This document shows positions 17,306 to 21,760 of a stretch of DNA of 21,760 nt, piece by piece (positions within the stretch are counted from its first letter, which is position 1; each line of letters begins with the position of its first letter). Source of the stretch: Campylobacterota bacterium. Its GTDB lineage: Bacteria > Campylobacterota > Campylobacteria > Campylobacterales > Sulfurimonadaceae. The notes below the pieces were generated by a model. That model made no database searches. It had not been told where the DNA came from and was given only the letters and a program-made list of their open reading frames with translations. The translations under genes and the position numbers were made by a program. The stretch lies in assembly GCA_034717975.1 (NCBI GenBank), contig JAYEMF010000026.1:1-21760 (forward strand). Direction: 5' to 3'.

Positions 17306-18751
17306 TTAAATAGTGGGCATTGATACGTTTGCACCGACATCCATCGTAGCTGATTTAGTATCTATATTTTCGTAGACAATCTCTGTGCCGCCATAGACAG
17401 GCGCATCGATAAAACGGGTAAGCTTTTTCTGAAAGATCAGTTTCACATGCCCTGTTGGACCATTACGCTGCTTTCCGATAATGATCTCTGCCTCTTCTTC
17501 CTCTTTTTCGACATACTGGGAAACAAACTCTTTACCATCAGCTTTAGCCGCTTTTTCACGCTCTTTCTCCTCTTTATAGAGGTAGATATCATCCCTGTAG
17601 ACAAAAAGGATAATATCGGCATCCTGCTCGATCGCTCCCGACTCACGGATATCACTCAACATCGGACGCTTGTCGTTTCGTGACTCAAGACCACGGTTCA
17701 GCTGTGAAAGGGCGATGATCGGCATATTGAGTTCACGAGCAAGCATTTTGAGCCCGCGAGACATCTCACTCACCTCAAGGTGACGATCTTTACTGCCGGT
17801 CCCACTCATGATCTGCAAGTAGTCGATAACCGCCATCTCGATCTCAGGATGCTGCTGCTTCAGTTTTCTCAGACGTGAGCGAAGCTGGTTGATATTGAGG
17901 GAACCCTGATCATCCACAAAAAGCTTGGTATTGTGCATATTTTCAACCGCACTGTTCAGACGGTTCCACTCATCATCATTCATATCCCCTACACGAAGTT
18001 TTTGCAGGAAAATCGAGGTCTTGATACTGAGCAGTCTCAGCATCAGCTGCTCCGCCGGCATCTCCAGCGAGAAGAAGGCCACCCCTTTGTTCTGATCGAG
18101 CAGATTCTGAACCATATTGAGGACCAGTGAGGTTTTCCCCATCGCCGGACGTGCCGCGATGATGACAAGGTCACCTTTACCAAATCCAGTCGTCATTTTG
18201 TTCAGCTCGGCAAATCCCGTATCGACACCGACCAGCACCGTATTCCCGCGCGCTTTCATCTCGGCGATGTAAGCCATCGTATCTTCCGTAATCGTCGGTG
18301 CATCCTTGAAGTCAGCGGTCTGGGAGTCCTGTGTGATCGCATAGAGTTTCTTCTCTACCAGATCAGCGATCTCCGAACTCGGAAGTTCCTCTTCAAGGGT
18401 GACCCGCTTGATCTCCGTCGTCAGTGTAAGCAGATGGCGTTTGAGTGACTTGTCTTTGATCTCGTTGACATAGGCAACGGTATTGGAGATAGGGTTTGAA
18501 GAGAGGATCTCCAGCATCACCCCTTCGTCAAACTTCTTCTGGCTGCTCAGCTCCTTTTTGATAAACTCCTCATCGATCGGTTGATCGCGCTTGACCAGCG
18601 AATGCATCGCGGCAAAAATATCCTGATGTGCCGGCAGATAAAAGTCTGAAGCATCCAGTTTGTTTTCCAGTTCATCAAACTGGGATGGTTCGAAGACAAT
18701 CGAACTGAGGATCGAACGCTCAAATGCTAAATTATAGAGACTCTCTTCCAT
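17306..18751 (-). CDS. dnaB: Replicative DNA helicase
   Basis: AARPAMGKT, FFSLEM, IDYLQ, LSQLNR, SDIRESGAIEQDAD, IIGKQRNGPTG. Confidence 0.98.
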   Translation of the reverse strand: MEESLYNLAFERSILSSIVFEPSQFDELENKLDASDFYLPAHQDIFAAMHSLVKRDQPIDEEFIKKELSSQKKFDEGVMLEILSSNPISNTVAYVNEIKDKSLKRHLLTLTTEIKRVTLEEELPSSEIADLVEKKLYAITQDSQTADFKDAPTITEDTMAYIAEMKARGNTVLVGVDTGFAELNKMTTGFGKGDLVIIAARPAMGKTSLVLNMVQNLLDQNKGVAFFSLEMPAEQLMLRLLSIKTSIFLQKLRVGDMNDDEWNRLNSAVENMHNTKLFVDDQGSLNINQLRSRLRKLKQQHPEIEMAVIDYLQIMSGTGSKDRHLEVSEMSRGLKMLARELNMPIIALSQLNRGLESRNDKRPMLSDIRESGAIEQDADIILFVYRDDIYLYKEEKEREKAAKADGKEFVSQYVEKEEEEAEIIIGKQRNGPTGHVKLIFQKKLTRFIDAPVYGGTEIVYENIDTKSATMDVGANVSMPTI

Positions 18752-18754
18752 AAA

Positions 18755-19819
18755 CTATTCCCCCTGCTCTTGCGCCATCTTTTCAACTTCAGTGACAAAA
18801 CGTTCCACCAGCTCTTTTTCACCCAGTTTTGCCACTACGTCACCTTTGACCATCACCAGTCCTGCTCCTTTGCCGTAAGCGATCGCCACATCGGCATGTT
18901 TGGCTTCACCGATGGCATTGACCACACACCCCATCACTGAGACATTGAGCGGTGCTTTGATGTGTTTGGTACGTCTTTCGATCTCACTGACAGCACTCAC
19001 CAGGTCCGCTTCAATCCGCCCACAGGTCGGACAGGAGATGATATTCAGGCCGTCTTTGGCAGCGCCGCTATCTTTCAAAATAGCACGACCGACATTGATC
19101 TCCTCTTCCAGTTCACCCGTAATGGAAACCCGCAAGGTGTCGCCAATGCCATCAAGCAGCAGTGCCCCCAGACCAATGGAACTTTTTACGGTGGCATGGA
19201 ACATCGTCCCCGCTTCCGTCACCCCAAGATGGAAGGGGTAATCATTCTTTGGACGCAGCATACGGTAAGCGTTAACAGTGCGTTCTACATCACTCGCTTT
19301 CAAAGAGACTTTAATATCGCTAAAGCCAAGATCTTCCAAAAACTTGATGTTGTACTCTGCCGAGGCCACCATCCCCTCTGCTGTCTGTCCGTAACGGTTC
19401 TCAAACTCTTTTTCGAGACTTCCGGAGTTCACCCCGATACGGATAGGGATGTTCCGTTCCTGACACGCTTTGACCACCTCTTTGACACGGCTTTTCTCAC
19501 CAATATTTCCCGGATTGATCCTAATACAGTCCACGCTCTCCGCCGCGATCAAAGCAAGACGGTAATTGAAATGGATATCGGCTACCAAAGGAAGTGAGAT
19601 CTGCTCTTTGATCGCCTTAAGGGCCAATGCATCTGCCTCATCGGGAACGGCAACGCGAACAATGTCACAGCCCGCAAAATGGAGGCGATTGATCTGCTCT
19701 ACCGTAGTCGCCACATCGTGGGTACGGCTATAGGTCATCGACTGCACCGAAATCGGCGCATCACCGCCGACGGGGACATCCCCGACGAAAATCTGTTTAG
19801 TTGGATAGCGTGTTATCAT
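18755..19819 (-). CDS. ispG: (E)-4-hydroxy-3-methylbut-2-enyl-diphosphate synthase
   Basis: [60 protein letters not shown]. Confidence 0.98.
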   Translation of the reverse strand: MITRYPTKQIFVGDVPVGGDAPISVQSMTYSRTHDVATTVEQINRLHFAGCDIVRVAVPDEADALALKAIKEQISLPLVADIHFNYRLALIAAESVDCIRINPGNIGEKSRVKEVVKACQERNIPIRIGVNSGSLEKEFENRYGQTAEGMVASAEYNIKFLEDLGFSDIKVSLKASDVERTVNAYRMLRPKNDYPFHLGVTEAGTMFHATVKSSIGLGALLLDGIGDTLRVSITGELEEEINVGRAILKDSGAAKDGLNIISCPTCGRIEADLVSAVSEIERRTKHIKAPLNVSVMGCVVNAIGEAKHADVAIAYGKGAGLVMVKGDVVAKLGEKELVERFVTEVEKMAQEQGE

Positions 19820-19826
19820 AAGAGGG

Positions 19827-19834
19827 ATTTTAGC
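19827..19834 (-). promoter_or_regulatory. -10 box (gcTAAAAT), probable leaderless ispG transcript
   Basis: Minus strand reads gcTAAAATccctcttATG: 7 nt between the -10 and the ATG, with no SD. Confidence 0.6.
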
Positions 19835-19894
19835 GCGTCGGACGTTAGAGAGAGCTTGGTCTTTTCGTTAGCCCCCGAGGGCCTATTGGATGCT

Positions 19895-20944
19895 TTATCT
19901 TTTCGCTTTGACATCCGTCATCAAAATGTTGTTACCTAATTTTTTCGCTTCTTTCAGTGTTGCACTGCTTCGCTGGAGCAGTGAGTCCACATCTTCTTGA
20001 GGAAAGTATTTTGCCACCGAGATACTCACTGTAACAGGATGATTGAGCCCAAAATCATTCGCAATTACCTTAGTATGAATCCGTTCGGCAACCACCATGG
20101 CATGCTGCACGCTGGTTTCCGGCGTGATAATGGCAAACTGCTCCTCGCTATAACGACAAGCGACATCACTACCGCGGGTAAGCGTCACCAGGAGTCCACC
20201 AAAAATTTCAAAAATCCTATCCATATTCTTGGCACCGACTTCCACTACAAGATCTTCATATCCGTCAATAGCAATAAGGATGAGGGAGAGCTTGTGGTCA
20301 TTGCGGCTGGAGAGGGAACAGACTTTCGGAAGTTCTGCCAGAAAGTAGTCGCGGTTGAAGAGCTTGGTAGCCAGATCGTAGATGGTATGTTTATCCAGTT
20401 GGAGTTTCATATAGGTACGTACAAAATAGATTATGGCGACCATTAGGATCATCGTAAAAACAAGACTTAAATAGAGGGCGTTGAGAGCACGTTCGCGCTT
20501 CATATCGGCCATTTTGACAATAACCTTCGTCACTTTGTCGGCTGTTTTCCAACACTTTTGCGCACGAGTGATCACTTCCTGATTGGATTTCAGTGTTTTA
20601 ACATCTACTTTAAATTTTTGCCAGCAATTTTGAAGCATGGCGAATTCATTTTGAGGGTTGGCAAAACCAACAGAGAACTGATTGGAATCCAGCACCATAA
20701 ATTCGTTCTTGATCTTGCGAAGCAACGTGTCGATCTCAGCTATTTTTTTTGCGTCTACTTTATGAGGAGCATAGATAGACAACTCTTTAACAGTGCCGCT
20801 GACAAGCGCCATCTCATTGATCGTTGCAGTATCACTTTGCGTATCTTCGATCAGAGCATTGGCAAAATAGAGATTAACAGGGAAAACTACGATAAGCAGA
20901 TAAAGTAAAAACGAGATCTGAAACGATGACCAATCTTTTTTCAT
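19895..20944 (-). CDS. Membrane protein with periplasmic four-helix (PilJ/NarX-like) domain and degenerate GGDEF domain
   Basis: Two TM helices flank a helical domain. The GGDEF fold is recognisable (D.ATKLFNR..F, R.SD...RY, TVSISVA), but the active site reads SEEQF. AAGGA RBS. Confidence 0.85.
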   Translation of the reverse strand: MKKDWSSFQISFLLYLLIVVFPVNLYFANALIEDTQSDTATINEMALVSGTVKELSIYAPHKVDAKKIAEIDTLLRKIKNEFMVLDSNQFSVGFANPQNEFAMLQNCWQKFKVDVKTLKSNQEVITRAQKCWKTADKVTKVIVKMADMKRERALNALYLSLVFTMILMVAIIYFVRTYMKLQLDKHTIYDLATKLFNRDYFLAELPKVCSLSSRNDHKLSLILIAIDGYEDLVVEVGAKNMDRIFEIFGGLLVTLTRGSDVACRYSEEQFAIITPETSVQHAMVVAERIHTKVIANDFGLNHPVTVSISVAKYFPQEDVDSLLQRSSATLKEAKKLGNNILMTDVKAKR

Positions 20945-20971
20945 TCTGAATCCTTAGAGGGATAATGGTGC

Positions 20972-20980
20972 ATTATAACA
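20972..20980 (-). promoter_or_regulatory. Extended -10 (TGtTATAAT) of the GGDEF gene
   Basis: Minus strand TGTTATAAT ends 27 nt before the ATG at 20944. Confidence 0.65.
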
Positions 20981-20984
20981 TAGT

Positions 20985-21760
20985 TTAACCAAACTCAACC
21001 GGGTCCATATCGACCTCTGCCAAATCATGCTTACAGGCCTTGATAGCGCGAATAAGATCCGTACTCTTATTGGAACGAAGCAAGATCTGAAAACGGTACT
21101 TATTGGCAATCCTCTCTATCGGTGATGGACCCGATCCGACCACTTCAACAGTTGACATCTGTTTTAAGTCAGCTGCCATCTGTTCCATCGCCTCTTTGGC
21201 TTTTATCCCGTTTTTATGGGCGAACAAGATACGGCATAGTTTTTTATAAGGCGGGTACATCCCCTCTCTAAAAAGCTTCTCCTCCTCTAAAAACTGTTCA
21301 TATTGATTAATATAGGGAGTGAAAAACTCCTTATGAAAACTCTGAACCAGCACCGTAGCCTCTTTTTTCCGCCCGCTTCGGCCCGCAATCTGGATCAAAA
21401 GCGACAATGCTTTTTCCCTGGCACGGTAATCACTCATATTCAGCAGATTATCCAATCCAAGTACCACAGCCAGTGTCACATCATGATAATCATGCCCTTT
21501 GGAGAGCATCTGTGTCCCGACAAGCAGATCCGTTTCACCCTCATTGAAACGCTTCAAAGCCGCTTTAAGTTTGTTTTGCGTCGTGATTACATCCCGATCG
21601 AACTGTTCGACTCTTATCTGCGGAAAATGTTCTTTAAAATGCTCCACAGCTTCAGCCGTTCCCAAACGGCTGCTTGTCAGGTTGCCGCTATGACACTTCG
21701 GGCACACCTGCGGAATCGGCTCGCTGTAGTTACAGTAGTGACACTTCACAGCCCTGGCAT
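20985..21760 (-). CDS. priA: Primosomal protein N' (C-terminal part; 5' end outside the window)
   Basis: CHYC..CPKC zinc motif, LVGTQMLSKGHD, QIAGRSGR, YPPY, GP.PIERI..KYRFQIL; the frame stays open to the window edge. Confidence 0.95.
   Translation of the reverse strand, partial: ARAVKCHYCNYSEPIPQVCPKCHSGNLTSSRLGTAEAVEHFKEHFPQIRVEQFDRDVITTQNKLKAALKRFNEGETDLLVGTQMLSKGHDYHDVTLAVVLGLDNLLNMSDYRAREKALSLLIQIAGRSGRKKEATVLVQSFHKEFFTPYINQYEQFLEEEKLFREGMYPPYKKLCRILFAHKNGIKAKEAMEQMAADLKQMSTVEVVGSGPSPIERIANKYRFQILLRSNKSTDLIRAIKACKHDLAEVDMDPVEFG

Noticed and set aside
19871..19882. GCCC-CCGA-GGGC hairpin as terminator of the GGDEF gene
   Set aside because: Only a 4-bp stem and no U-tract on the minus strand.
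20743..20750. A8/T8 tract as a phase-variation site
   Set aside because: A short A/T run, in frame, and unremarkable at this base composition; no poly-G/C tracts of 8 or more were seen.

Overview
Core-genome window from a Campylobacterota (epsilonproteobacterial) chromosome, most plausibly a free-living Sulfurimonas/Sulfuricurvum-like organism; the taxon is inferred from gene content and gnTAnaAT-type -10 boxes. On the left is a minus-strand operon (small unlisted lipoprotein, nadB, partial nhaD), head-to-head with a probably leaderless DciA/DUF721-like gene and uvrC. The centre holds a four-gene signalling operon with no DNA-binding output: a stand-alone Aer-type PAS protein, a large acidic protein with a PAS-like domain plus one intact and one His-less Hpt domain, a NIT-domain hybrid histidine kinase with three receiver-like domains, and a single-domain response regulator. 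A 280-bp hairpin-rich intergenic region with two convergent promoter-like sites follows. The right part contains mgtE, a csd3-like M23 peptidase, a three-hairpin GC-rich element, a PGBA_N protein, glcD, yihY, comEC, dnaB, ispG, a catalytically degenerate GGDEF membrane protein and partial priA. No rRNA, tRNA, CRISPR array or transposase was seen. The best candidates for undescribed biology are the putative nitrate/redox-integrating phosphorelay and the structured 9944-10222 locus. All family calls come from motif recognition, not database searches.
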